Assembly (NCBI GenBank): GCA_030704615.1 | Contig: CM060734.1 | Coordinates: 34,906,001-34,970,000, forward strand | Direction of reading: 5' to 3' | Length of the DNA stretch: 64,000 nt | Source of the DNA: Takakia lepidozioides | Taxonomy: Eukaryota > Plantae > Bryophyta | Part shown: piece by piece, positions 28,128 through 42,300 of the stretch | How the letters are laid out: each line of letters opens with the position of its first letter | Position numbering within the stretch: the first letter of the stretch is position 1 | Position numbers and translations under genes: made by a program | The notes under the pieces: model-generated | What the model saw: only the letters and a program-made list of their open reading frames with translations | What the model was told of the DNA's origin: nothing | The model's database searches: none

Positions 28128-29184
28128 CACTGTTGGGCGGATATAGAGTCATCAGGAGATCTATAGTAGGATATCAACCCGGATATCAATGTATCCAGAT
28201 CAGGATCCGGCAACTATTTGATATTCAGCTATTATATATATCTGGCGGATACATAAAACGGTGGATCCGAGTAGGATCCTACCCGTCGGATCTAAATCCA
28301 CGAGCGATCGCGCGTGGCTCAGATGGATGAATAATGGTAAATGAGTTGTGGATGAAAACAAAGAAAATGGATGAATAAATGAAAACGTGGATGAATGAAA
28401 CAATTGTAGTGCGAGTGATCATTCGAAGTACATAAAACAGTCGGGCTGTAGGTAAGATCTTTGGGGAGAGTGGATGGGACAGAGGAGGAGACAAATGATG
28501 AAGTGGAGAGGCTCTCAATATTGACAGGAGAACAAAGGGAAGAATGAGCGTAAGACAGACAATCCTGAAGATCAACCAGCCAGAGCAACTTTGAGGGAAA
28601 AAGTGGCATGCGTGCACACGGTAGGCTCTTATACGGATTGTGAAACAGTATGAGGTCGACGTGTTCAGATTACAGAGGTACATTTGGAGTGTCATGGATC
28701 GACACATGTCGCCCTTGATATGCTCTTTCGTGTAATCTAGCGGCTAATAAAAAGGTTTAATAACCGGATTATATCCGGATGTGTAGCCAAAATACCGGAT
28801 CTCAACCGGATACAAGAAAATAAAATATTAATATTAATATTTTATTAGAATTTCAATAATTTAAATTGATTAAAAATTATAAAAAAATTGTGAGTAAATC
28901 TCAATAAAGTTAAATCAGGGCTACAACCCCCTTTAAAAATATAAATATATATATTTCATGATTATTTATATCCAGATTACTGTATAACCGCCGGATATTA
29001 AAATCTAAATATCCAGACTTATTTATATCCGGCAGATTTTTAAAAACTTCCACTATGCATAACCGGCGGATATTAGAAATGAAAATTATTTTAATATCTG
29101 GATCCGTAGGATATATCATTCTCTAACTTGTCAAGTATCCGGACCCAGCGGATATTAAAAAAAACTAGAAACCGCCCAACACTA
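28128..29184. mobile_element. Non-autonomous hAT-like element (MITE), ~1.06 kb
   Basis: TIRs cactgttgggcgg / ccgcccaacacta. Flanking 8-mers gttgggac (28120-28127) and gttcggac (29185-29192) match at 7/8. Many ccggat/atccgg subterminal motifs. Confidence 0.75.
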
Positions 29185-29192
29185 GTTCGGAC

Positions 29193-29620
29193 CAGTCTGG
29201 TATAATTTGGGAGAATACTTGGTCGTATACCAGGCTGGTATCAGTTTTTTCATATACCAGTACTCCCCCCCCCCCCCCCCCCCCCGGCATTTCCTCATTT
29301 ACTTTGGTATGTATATTATACTATTTATGTGTACATATGCCTACATATTTGTATTTATGTATATTTATTTCTTTATTGTATTGTATTTATTTTCAGTTGA
29401 TACTTGCTATTTGATAAACTTGTTATTCAATGATGGCTTTGGAATGATACCAGAATTGATATCTCACACAAGCTTGTATTGTGGTTAGGATACTCATACT
29501 CATACTAATATCTGGAAAAAGATACATTTATTATTATATAGATCAGACTGGTATGAAAGTTTTGCGATACGTCTAGTACCAGGACTGGTATGTCGTAAAA
29601 CTGATACTAGTACAACACTG
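29193..29620. mobile_element. Second non-autonomous hAT-like element, ~430 bp
   Basis: Termini cagtctggta / tacaacactg are an 8/10 inverted match. Perfect 8-bp flanks gttcggac at 29185-29192 and 29621-29628. Repeated ctggta/taccag subterminal motifs. Confidence 0.65.
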
Positions 29621-29696
29621 GTTCGGACCTTTTTTTACAAATATAAAAATTGAAAATTACAAGAACATGAAAACACCAAAGAAAGCAATTATAGAT

Positions 29697-30640
29697 CTAA
29701 AATGCATGCTTGTCCCGACGGGTTTTATGAGATACAGGGATGTATGGAACTCGTTGAGCAACAAGAGTATGCATCGGGGTACGAAGATTGTGTACTGAAC
29801 CTATAGAATTGGACAACCCCGATTCAACAGTAGTCTTCTCTGCAAATTCAATAGAGTACAATTCCCGCAAACGAGAACTAGTTGTACCACATTCAAAGAA
29901 AATCTGTACCACATCCACCATCCATGCAGTTCGATCATTGCATTCCAAACCGATTGAGCTCTGTTAAAATCCATGCCGCTATTTTTAAATGGAACAACCC
30001 AAGATGCTACAGGATAGAACTGACTAGATTTTAACATGTTGAAGAGAACACTTGGCAGGGCGGTATCAAGTTGTTTGCCCATTTTGTATTTTCACCACAT
30101 TTGTGCGCGCTCTAATAAATTTTGATGTGTGAGACATGCACACTCGGTTTTTAATTGATGAAGTATCGTACTTGATATACTCTTCAAGTCCATTCTGCGT
30201 ATGTTTAGAACTGACATTGCAGAACACAAATTTGAAACCTGGTTTGTCGACGTTCTTTAGATAGTAATCAACCATACCAATAAAAATATGCAAACATTTT
30301 CCTCGAAGGGCTTTACAATGAATTATATGTCCCAGAGGTTTGGGATCATGCCATCCAAGTTCTTTTTTAATGAGTCTGTTTTACATCAACAAGCTGGAGA
30401 CATACACTATACAAACCATTTGTAAAGATGAAATAGAGTATCACCTCTATCCAATGCACATAATCCAGATATGCATATACAGTCGATGAAATTTTCCATT
30501 TTTTGTAAACATTTGACGTTTATATCCGCTGCACCCATACCGATGGTGACACTGACTTCCACATACTTTTCACTGCTCTTGCATTTTTCTTTTGCCCTCT
30601 CCCTAGCCACAACTTTCATCCTCACCATTTTCTATACCCT
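29697..30640 (-). mobile_element. Degenerate Replitron (HUH-endonuclease transposon) coding remnant
   Basis: Frameshifted pieces: VEVSVTIG..DI, GLCALDRGDTLFHL/LQMVC (HUH region), HIFIGMVDYYLKN (catalytic Tyr region), NVS...KNRV, MLKSSQFYPVASWVVP..GMD..RAQSVW. These match the plant Replitron transposase pattern as recalled. Confidence 0.65.
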
Positions 30641-31464
30641 ATGACACTGCCTCCGCCTAGAGCACCCGCAACCTAGCACCACTCTAGGCTCCTCTTGTAA
30701 GTCACTGGCCCCACCATACTTGGCACCACTCTACGCTCCTCTTGCAGCAGCCGCAAGTCACGGGCCCCACCATCCGTCACCGCCATACCGTCCTTGCACC
30801 ACTTAAGCAGCCTCGTCCCCACATGTCTATATCCTACTTCTCGAATGTTTCTAGAGCCTGATGCTGCCTCATCCTCCTTCTTGAATGCTCAGCAGACCTT
30901 CATGTTTCTATGCTACCCTCTATACTTGCCCTCACCATCGACCCATTCCAATAGGCCAACATTCCCTCCCCATTGACTGGTCCAATCCCATTTTGTCGAC
31001 CTTCAGGAAGAGCCCTTCCCAGATTTTTGGAGATTTATTGTCCAGTAATGGTATTGTCTCTACCGTTGCTTTCTGGATGCATACATTTGAGGATATCCAC
31101 ATGGAGAAATTATGAATACGATGTCGAAGCAACCTTAACTTATGGTGTCATTCAAGGGCTATTGCCTTCAGATGAGAATGTAGACACTTTGTGACATCCA
31201 ACATGTGATTAATATTATTCAAATTGTTGTGTGACACCGTAAAGTGGCACAACTCATCAGGTTTATATATATATATATATATATAATTTTTTTAAGAAAA
31301 AATAAAAATCATAGTAGCCACTTGGCAGCCATGGCTCTCACATGCTAGTCTCTACTGACCTTATACTAGCCTTAGGGCCCTACTAATTTAATTGTATTTG
31401 AAGAAGTTTAAATCCGTAACTATCTTGCTACAATGCTTGTAGTTTTACTCAATGCTAACCAATA

Positions 31465-32421
31465 AGGTAGCCTACCATATCGCCGACCCCTTTCCTAATT
31501 CCGCCCCCACAAAAAAAATCCCTAAACCGTCTTTGGCGTCCTTGGCAAACGCGCTGGACACATGGACGGAATTATGCAAAAATACGGACGGAATTTTGTT
31601 TATTCCATCATGTGGATGGACGATATTATTAATGTTAATTTGAACACGACGGTGCGTTTTAATGCGATATATTAAGTATTTTTATGTTTTAATGAGGTGC
31701 ATTTTTTTAACGAGATTGTTCCAAACGTCGAGTTTAATTCTGCGGCCTACTGTAGATGGATCTCTATGTTTGTAGACACAACAATGCATGAATCACAGGG
31801 TGTTTTTGCAAAACTACAAGAGAAGAATCACAAGATGTTTACCTGCAGCATGCACAATAATGAGGACGGGGATGGTCAATCGGGATAAAGTGAAGGACGC
31901 ATAAGATTATCAGTTGAGTGGTTTGAAGTTGGGAAAGAGGAGGAATCTTAAGTTGCAGGTGACACAACTCTAAGAAAATTAGAACAGCATTAGATTTGGC
32001 CCAATATGATACTAGGTTAAAGATTGAGTCATCTTTAAAATATTTCCTTGACGTGTTTTAATTAACATAAAAACTGTAAACTATAAAAGTCAACATGTAG
32101 TTAAACAGTGTATTAAAAGTTATTCTAACCTAACAATAACCATAATCAGAATGCGGAATGACCATAATGAGCGCTTGCAAGGACAGATATGGGCCAGACT
32201 AGATGTATGATAGATGTATCAAGGAGCGGAAGAGGCCAGTGCAAAAAATTTGTTCAGTAAATTATAACAAATTCATACCCACACCAAAATTGAAGCAAAA
32301 AATTGTTCTATATGGGAGCGCCATCACATCATTACATGTATTTCGGATGTAAGATAATATAAAGTATTTTGTGCAATAAATATCCATGAGCTTAAAAGAA
32401 TGGTGATAGGGTAGGCTACCT
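31465..32421. mobile_element. TIR MITE with TA flanks (~960 bp)
   Basis: Left aggtagcctaccatatcgcc versus right (reverse complement) aggtagcctaccctatcacc. TA is present on both sides. No coding capacity. Confidence 0.6.
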
Positions 32422-32469
32422 TATAGCAATCCAACACTATTACCATTGCTTTTACTACCACTATTTAGC

Positions 32470-35400
32470 AAACATGACGACCAACCATACACATGGCAAT
32501 AACCATATGCAAATTGATGTTGCTCGATCTAAACCATTGATGCAAGGAGAAAATCTATATTATAGAGAATCCGATCACATAGCGGGAAATTACCCCAACA
32601 AAAGAAGATTCAATGCTTGGGGCGTAACTCCAACGAACTTTATATAGCGACATCGAAAAACAAAGATGTCTAGTCTCAGTAAGGACCATGTGGTTGGACA
32701 CGACCACTTTCTTACAAAAAAATCTTTTTCTACTTCCAGACCCCGCACCTCATTTCACAATCCATATTAAAATTAGAATGCAAAATCGTGACATCCCAGT
32801 AGAATCACTTTTCGACTTGGGAGCTTCAGCATGTGAAACAACACAATTTGACATTCGAAAAAAAAGACATTCTCGGCCCAAAATTGAAGTCCTTGATAGA
32901 CGACCGTTAGCATTAGGTAATGTTATCCACAAAACTCAATCACTAAAGGTGAAGCTTGAAGATCAAATATCGCAGATTATTTTCAACGTCATCCAATTTC
33001 TCACGCATCTTGTGTCATTGGGTTATCCTAGTTTGTAGTATGTACTACATAATCTTGACATTGACTATCGATCACGAAGAATTTTACGAGACAAAAATGT
33101 AAAAGTATCAAGAATATTCTGCCTCTAATTCTTGGAGCTAAAACCTTCATGATGACAACAAAGAATGATGCGACATTAGAAATTTATGCAATTCCGATCA
33201 ACACAATAACGGACAAAGGTATTGAAGCACTATCCATTCATTTCAAGGATATGTTTGAGAAGAAAAACGCATACATATTACCGGAACATCGTCTTTGTGA
33301 TTCATTGAATTACAAGAATGAGCCTAACCACCATTCGGCTCAATTTATAACTTATCTCAGACGGAGTTGGCTACATCATGCAAGTACATTGATGAAAATT
33401 TGTCGATGAACTTAATCCGACATTTGAAATCATTTGCAGGAGCATCTTCTTGTTCGTAAAAAAAAATGATGAATCCGTTACGCAAGTGTGTACACTATAG
33501 TGGGCTCAACAAAGTTATCATAAAAAATCATTAGTCGTTACAGCTGATTTTCGAACTCATCGAACAACTTGGGCGCAAATTTTTATGACGATCGACTTGA
33601 GATGGGTTTACAACGTTATACGAATAAGAAAATGAGACGAATGAAAAACCACTTATTACACAAGATACAAATATTTTGAACAATGTTTCACAAATCGTTG
33701 TGACGTGGCGCTGACACGCGAAGTCACGTCTAGACATACGTCGCGTCATGTCCAAAATTGACAGTATTTCTTGTCATTTTTTATATTTAACTTTTACTAC
33801 AAAATTTTTACTATAGATATCAAGGTGACAGTCCAGGTGGACCACGGCTGCACACATAGATCTAATTAGCATTTCAATGATATAGATTATATTCTTAAAC
33901 ATTAGCAAATAAGTTGCCTTAGCCGAGATTTAACAGTCGTTTCTGTTTTGTATTTTCTAATTAGCTGCGTCCACCAACTATTAAAATTTTCTTAATAATA
34001 TAAGACCGCCAAATATTGGAGGTCGCTTGAACATTCAGTATTTTTAATAAGCTGCCATAATTTTGATTTTAAGTTTCTAAGAAAATAGGTGTGACCGCCA
34101 TTTTTTTTATTTTTAATATGTACAACTACCATAATTGGTGATTATCTGTTTTTTTAATCTTTTAAATAGGTGTGACAACCAATTGTGGTGGTCGCATGTA
34201 TATTATCAAAAATTGATGCGACCACCAGGGTTGGCAGTTGCCTGTAATTTTTAATTTTTAAAATAGATACAACCGCAATAATCAGAGGTTGCACCTAATT
34301 TCAAAGATTTGTTTTTAATATTTTTTTATTTTTTCCAAAGTGGGTTTGACCGCCAAGGTTGGCGGTCGTATCTAAAGTTTTGTTTTGTTTAAAAATAGGT
34401 ACGACCATAATTGGTGGCCGCACCCATTTTCAACCAAATAAAACACCTAGTTTTTCAAAAATTGGATCGACTGCTACGGCTGGCGGTTGCATATTATGTT
34501 TTAGACAAATTTTTCGCTGCGGAGATCAATTATGAAATCCATGACAAAGAACTTCTAGCGATTATCGATGTTTTTGAGGAGTGGTGTCATCTATTGGAGG
34601 GAGCTAAACATCATGTCACTGTCTATACCGATCACAAAAACCTCAAGTATTTTATGAGTGCTTGTGTTTTGAATCGACGTCAAGCGAGATAGAGTATGTC
34701 ACTAGCAAGGTTTGATTTTGTTATTACCTACCACCCCAGACATCTTCAAGGAAAACCAGCTGCTCTTTCTCGACGATCGTATCTTGCGCCAAAAAAAAGG
34801 GACGCAACTTTTGACCAACAGAAATCCATCATCTTGAAACCAACAAATCTCCAATTGAATATGTTATCCATGTCCACCTATGACGATGTAGAGATCATAA
34901 AGGAGATTCAGGAAGCACTGAAGAGTGACCAATTTGCCACGACACTACGAAGTCAACTAAATCGACCTCGAGACAACCCACATGTTATAAACGATTTCAA
35001 ATTCAAAGATGACTTACTTTATTTCAAGGGACTTCTCTATGTACATCCATGACCTACACGACTTTGAATTCTTCAAACATGTCATGATCTTCCGGCTGCA
35101 GGAAATTTCGGCTTCAACAAAACAATGGAATTGATACCAGGGACTATTGGTGGCCGCAGGTGTGGAAACTCGTGAAAGAATTTGTAAAATCTTGTGAAAC
35201 ATGTGCTAGGGCGAAGGGACCACGACATCGACCTTACGGCCTTCTTCAAGCATTACCCATTCCCAAGGGTCCATGGTCGTTCTTGTCTATGGATTTTATT
35301 ACGGACCTTCCAATTTCCAAGACCACCGACTCAATCCTTGTTATTGTGGATCGTTTTACGAAGATAACACATTTCATTCCATGTAATAAGACGGTTACAG

Positions 35401-36350
35401 GCGAGGAAACTGCAAGACTCTTCTTCATTAACATCTACCGTATTCATGGACTCCCGAAGGACATCGTATCTGATCAAGGACCACAGTTCATATCAAATTT
35501 CTGGAGGGGATTATTTCACATATTTGGATACTAAGATCAACCTCTTTACAACTAATCATCCACAGACTAATGGTCAAACCGAACGCGTGAACCAGATTTT
35601 GGAGCAATATCTTCGTTGTACGATAAATTATCACCAAGATAATTGGACGGACATTCTGCCATTAGCTGAGTTTGCCTACAACAATATTATAGATTCTTCG
35701 ACCGAGCAAACTCCATTTTTTTCTCCAATTATGGTCATCATTCTCGAGCAAACCTTTTCCACATAAAAACTGTTGGAAGCCCTGCTGTAGAAAACCTTGC
35801 TACTCATCTTGCTACGATTCACAAAGAGCTTACAATTCGCCTCGCGGAAGCTCAAAAACAATACAAAGAGTATGCAAATCAACATCGTCAACTCCAACCC
35901 CAGTTCAAGGTCGGAAATCATGTGTGGCTTCTTTGACGGGACATACAAACCTCGCGACCATTAAAGAAGTTGGATTATCAACGCCTGGGACCATTTAAAA
36001 TTATTCGACAAATAAATCAGGTCAGTTTTCGGCTTGAACTCCCACGAAGTATACGCAACCATCCAATCTTTTATGTTTCTTTATTGGAGTTGTATCATCC
36101 ATCGAATATTCCAGGGACAGTCTCCGTACCACCTCCACCAATCGACGTCAATCAGGAAATCGAGTATGAAGTCGACGAAGTCCTAGACTCTCGCATCAAG
36201 TATAAACGTCTTGAGTATTTCGTACATTGAAAAGGCTACGACATCAGCGAACGAACGTGGGAACCTTCATCTAACCTCGCCAATGCATCTGACAAAAAAT
36301 CCAAGAGTTTCATCAACGATATCCAGCTAAGCCCCGAGCTATACGTCAAT
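32470..36350 (+). mobile_element. Decayed Ty3/gypsy chromovirus (Tcn1-like) internal region: gag end, protease, partial RT, RNase H, integrase, chromodomain
   Basis: Protease-like SLFDLGASA. RT N-terminal remnants at 33200-33680. RNase [22 protein letters not shown]. Integrase Zn finger CHD..CETC, core SMDFITDLP/IVSDQGPQF/HPQTNGQTERVNQ, and GPF motif RLGPFKI. Chromodomain EYEVDEVLDSR..YFVH*KGY..TWEP. Many stops and frameshifts; no LTR pair identified. Confidence 0.9.
33681..34505. mobile_element. AT-rich non-coding insertion replacing the RT core of the chromovirus
   Basis: RT homology stops after ...RYKYFE and RNase H resumes at KFFAAEINY. The insert begins caatgtttcacaaatcg (hAT-TIR-like) and carries many gaccgcca/ggtcgc motifs. 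Confidence 0.55.
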
Positions 36351-36368
36351 AAGACGTCACAACGATGA

Positions 36369-39300
36369 TGTTAGTCAAGTTAGCTTCAAGGTAAAGACTC
36401 CACATTAAGTGTACCTGATACACGCTAAGGAGGGAGGAGCACCACACACCAATATATATACCTACACTTTCAGCACTCTTGCATCTTGTATTGGCAGCAT
36501 AGAGTCACAGAAACCAGATACATTGGAGCTGTCGCTTACCCAACTACCAAATCAGCCGTTCCGACTCTCACGACCTTCAACATCACGCCGACACTCTCGA
36601 GACGATGGCCACCAATGCGACGCGTACTTCCTCGTCTGGACCCCGTACGACGGCAATTGGAGCCTACTCGAAGTCTGATAATTCGGTTGGAGGTTGAGGC
36701 TTCGGACCCAGAGGGCAACAAAATCATGTTTGAAGGCAGTTTCAAAAATCAGAATGCTCAAATCACTGTGTGGTCCCAAGTTCAAGGTGTTGGACACTAT
36801 CGATGGTTGCCGAGACCTATAAATCATTTGAGTCAAGAATGAAGAACCGAATACTTGACAAGTACCATTCGCCGGATTTTGGATTTTCTCCAGCTCGGAC
36901 ACGTTAGCGCTACACGAGGGCTCCAAGAAACGCTGACGCTGTAGCTGTGTAGGACTTAACCATTTCAACTTCTTCTCTAATGCGCCCGCTAGATAGCTAA
37001 GTTAGGCCAACCACTATCAAGAATTGCAAAGTAGTAGGCTTCTTGATTATCTCTTAGACAGCCCGATATTTTAGTTATGGCTAAACAGAGTGGCAGAACC
37101 CGCAGCGACTACTCCCTGAGAGAGAGGTCGAGATATAGAGTCGGCGCCATTGTACTTCTAAACAACGGAGTGTATGCGAAAGGTGCAGAGGAAGGAGGCG
37201 CTGCTGATGAGCGTTTCCAGGGAAATAGCAGGAACACACAGGGCCAAAACGCAGCAAACCCCATGATGGCCGCAGAGCCAACAGCCAATGGCTAGGTCAA
37301 CAGAAACACCACAAAGCCAAACGGGAGAACCGCAGGCTGAGGCACTTGAGACAACAAGAATGGAAACCAGTGGCAGTATACGTGAGAGTAGTGTAATGTT
37401 CTGATCGAAGGAAGCATAAGGCTCAGCTCCCATCAGATAGTGGAGTAGGCGAGAAGGTTACGAAGCTGCGTATTGTCAAGCAAAGACAGACAACAACCCA
37501 ATCTGCATACGGGCGGAGCTCACGTACAAAACAAAGAAGGACGCAGGGTAAGAAGTATAAAGAAGGAAACAAGAAAGCTCTCTCGCTATTCTTTCTGCTG
37601 CTATTGACAATGTCATGCGATACTAAGCCTGGTCGGCAGCTGCATTTAGTAAGGCCCAACGAGAGGGAGGCGACTCAGAACGAGGACAAGCACTTGCATA
37701 TGGTTGGAGCAGGCTGTGTAGTTAGCAGCCCCAAGAGGAGCGTAGGTGCTGATATTCCCTGGAACGTGATGGAGAAGACGATAAGAAAGAGCATTGTGGG
37801 AAGGCCAGTGAGTGTCAGAAAGTCAGGTCTGCCAATTGAGGTTGAGTGGGACAAGGCAGCCAGCACTACGGGAAATGGCAAGGCCTCGGTACACACCGAC
37901 AACGAGCAAAGGCAAATCCACAGACAGAATATAGATAAGCTCGAAACCTACATTAATGACAAGTTCTAGCATGTTGATATGAAAAGTCCCTGCAAGAACG
38001 CAGCTACACTCTTTAAGATGACACTCTCCTTTTCTACAATAACAAGACTCCCTCGTCTCAACATCTATCTACACATGCACAGTGAGGCCCTGAAACTAAC
38101 ACCTTATCAATCAATCAAAAGCAAGATACTCTACTCTAAAGTCCTGACTCGAACACCATTAATTTTACTCTCATGCCCAAGTAGCAACACTCAAATTTGC
38201 TACACCTATGGACAAGATGACAGACAAGAGCGATTCAAACCACCTAACAAGAAAACTAGGATCCATCCCTGTGGAAACCTCTGTGGAAACCTATGTTGCG
38301 GAACCAACCATACACTAGTCAGTGTACCAATTATGCATAATGCAAACTGGCTAATTGCAGCGAACAACCAGAAGACGCTCATAGGCTGGTACAGACCCGA
38401 CATGCAATCAAAGCTATGGAAGATGAGTGCACCACCACCAGGCTTAACAGCAGGAGAAAACATGGACGAAGAGCACACTGGCAGCACAAAATCACACAGA
38501 AGAGGACCACATGTCGCCTCCTGAACGCGGAATACTGAAGGGCACACTCGCAGCACTCAACTCTGTCCCAGCTAAGTTCACTACCCAGCCTGGTAGCACT
38601 AGAATGCAATTGCTCATTACCGTCGTCAACTCTAGAGGGAATGCCAACACATATCAACTGTCTATTTTAATGGCTACTCGGATATACCAAGGTGCCTCCC
38701 AAAACTATATGGTATGGAGACCCCTATATGCTTCTGACAGTGCCAATCATTGCCCTGTAAATTACCTCAGAGCCTTACCACCCCCTATGTTATCACCTAA
38801 CCCCGAAATTGGGCCGTCACACAATAACCATGCGCTACCAAAGGCCATACTTGGCACTCACTGCTACTATCAGGAACTTAATATGATGCCACAGTACATT
38901 CTACTGTCATCATACTGTAATCACTATTGGCTTGATAAGCCCAGATCTGAACAAAGAAATATGGAGAAGGATGAAGCTATTCGATTGTGGAAGTATACGC
39001 ACTGCCCCGTTATGACTAATCTCTACCGTGCTCAAAGCTTGAAAGTGTTATTGCACTCACTGCCTTCAGCGTTACTTGAAAATCAATTGCAATGTTCTAT
39101 CCATAACTTATCAAAATTCACAAGTGCCATTCAGTGCTATGCTAAAAAACTCAAGGTGATATCACAACAATACACTGCTAAAACTCTGAAAGTCTTACTG
39201 CGTTCCTTTCTGCTAATACGAGTGGGAAATCAATTGATGTGCTACACCAACATGATATCAAAATCCAAAACTGTCACATGCTGTTATGATCAAAAACGTA

Positions 39301-42300
39301 ATGTGATGGTATCTCAGGTCTTAACTACAATATGGCAGATTCCTTTGTATACAAACCTAGGATTTTTGAATAGGGAAAATTTTGATTCTCTAATTTTGAT
39401 GAAGCAGCCCCAAGCAGGAGCAACCATCCTGCTCGTGCAACAATCTTTTACTAAACTGGTAACCTTTGTGCTGTGTGGAGGGGCTCTAAGTAGACACCAA
39501 GGCACTGAATATAGAGGCTTGCTCTCGGTGGACTACCTTACAGCGTAAGCATTAAATCACTGAGAGATAATAGAAGCACACTGGTAGAACTCTTCTGGGC
39601 CCGAGGGCCGAATACAATCACCAACTATGGTAAAACACAGCCAGCTGAAGCCTTAGAACGGGCTTGGATCAGGGACTCTATCAGTATCATCAAAGAAGAT
39701 AACCAGAGGATATGCTACAAGAAAGGGCCCATGCCACAGATGACAATTATCTCTGTTGCCTTCAATGTGCATTGCTCAACACCTTGTGCCATGATCAAAT
39801 ACTTAGAGTGATGCCAGAACATAGCATTGCTCAAATACTGAAAAGCTATATAAAATTAATCCACGTTAACTGTCACGCTCAAAGCTTGATGAGGCTTTTG
39901 CACTCCCTGCTGGTAGCCCCCCTTGTAATTCGTCGGCAATACTTTATCCACACAGTATTGAAGCTCGCAAATGCCACTCGTTGCTACGTTCCAAAACTTA
40001 AAGTGCTGCCACAATGCTGCAATGCTCAAATTATGAAAATATGCATGTGTTCAATCTATGTCAATCACCAATTAATCACCAGTCAATCTATGCCAATCAC
40101 CAATCTATATAACAGGAGCAATGAACATAATGTGCAACAAAATGTAGCTGAATCAAGGGAGTGGCAATTTATCCAGGAGTACCCAGAACCAGGAAATAAC
40201 CACACACCTAACATAGCCAGAAACACCCCACACGGGAAAGATGTTCAAATTCAAGTACCAATTCAAAAGCTGCACAAATTTATGTATGACCTGTTTACTA
40301 TGAAGGAGAATCCTGACATACAGTGGTCTGCAGCGATTACACAGATGTTGACTCCTCTCTCAACCAGGCTGTATGCTACTGTACTAACAATACAGAACAG
40401 TGTAAATCATCACCACAATCATAAATCTGTCAATCAGTGCCACGATCGGAGACTACACACCAACAGATACATAAGACCAAATAAAACTGAGCCCACAATC
40501 CTGGCCTGACTAAGGCATAGGCCTGCTGGTCATATGATTCATAGAATAGCTAAATTAAATCCCAGTAGGTCATGGAGACCTCAGATGCACAACCCTTTGG
40601 GCACCAAACTCAGTACCGCACAAAGCATCGCATGCCAATCCCAGAAATGGCAAAATGACAACTACAAGCGAGGAAAGCCACAGTACATGCTAATGCGAAT
40701 AAATGTGAAGCCCCAATACATATCAATGCCGTTCTAGTACAACTTGTCTACCACTACCAAACCCAAACCTGAACAAAGCCCTATTAAAGTAGCGCATCCC
40801 CCAACAACCCTGCAACGGCGATATCTGGACAACCCCACCAGTGCCAACCAATGCCTTGCCCAAAATCTGCAAGTTTTCCTGTGTTATCTGTCAACGCAAA
40901 GGGTTCGAAGGCAACACTATACAAAGGTGCTATCAAGGATCAACACTGGCACCCAAAGCTATGATCAAATATTCTTAATGTTACAACAGCTCAGGCCACA
41001 CTACTCTGACCACTCTACTGTTAACACACAAAGCTCACAACATAGGGCTATGGTAGCAACTGTTCAATTCAACCCTAGTGGTGCCACATGGGGAAAACAT
41101 TGCCCTCTTCGGTATGTTGCCATAAGTTGGTATGTACAAGAAAACTGTATGAAGGAAGTAGCCCATAGAGGAAACCTTGATGGAAAGTGGGCGGCAGTCC
41201 ATAAACCCCTTATATTATGTGCAACATGCGTGCACAGGAATAGACAAAAAACATGAAACTTCAACTTTGTCCCGCCACCATATGATCCTGAACTACTCTC
41301 CCTCGCCATGACAGGGGAGCAGCCCCAGACACCGGCACCCACGGGGGCTGATTGCATGGAGCGCACAACAACAGTGGACATACACATGCAGACCGCCAAT
41401 GAGTAGGCACATGGATAGCATATTCAACGGCAAGACAGACTCAACGTAGCTGCCACCAAAAGCACCCTCAGATTATATCATAGAACTAGACTGTATGAGA
41501 GATACAATGCAATAACTCTTTTTCTTATGCTATGTAACGCCCTTTTTACATCACACTGTGGCATAGATGTTGCCAACAGGTCCTATAGTGTCTGCTCATC
41601 TGCTGCAATCTGCAATCCTAAATTGTACTACAATCCTACTCCAAATGGGTCTGCTGCAGCCCCCACTAACCCTCCCCACAGAGCCTGGCTTCTCTGTCCC
41701 CAAAGCCCACAGCAATGCTTGGTTGATGGCCCGCAGAGATACAATGTCCTGGTACAAGTACGGCCAAAAACAGCCATAATAAGAGATATGCACAACAAGA
41801 ACGTCTTGCACCAAAGTAGCAAACACACCGTACAAATAAGGACCAATGAACGCACCATACGTGCACCTTGGATACGGTCAGAGCACCCACCTTCTCTGTA
41901 GGTTCTGGCTGCTCAAAACGCAGATTGGAAAATGTCCCCATATGTGCAAGAAGATGCAACGTTGTCAAGGATACTTGTCAAAAAACGAATGCAGTTGCAT
42001 ATCCACACACCATCAAAGCTCACCATTGCCACTCGCTGCTATGACCAAAAACTTAATGTGACACTACAGTATTGCCCGGCTCAAAGCCTGGAAATATCAT
42101 TGCACTCTCTGCCGTCAAAGCTATTTGTAACTTGTATGCAGTATTATATTTATATACCATCAATGTTCAGAATTGTTACTCGCTCCCATGATCAAAAGCT
42201 CAAAGGAAATCAGTACATGCTAATACCACTCTACTATGATCACTGTACTAATGCCATGCACAGGCCTGCACAGAGCCTAAAGGAAGCACCATATCCTCTA

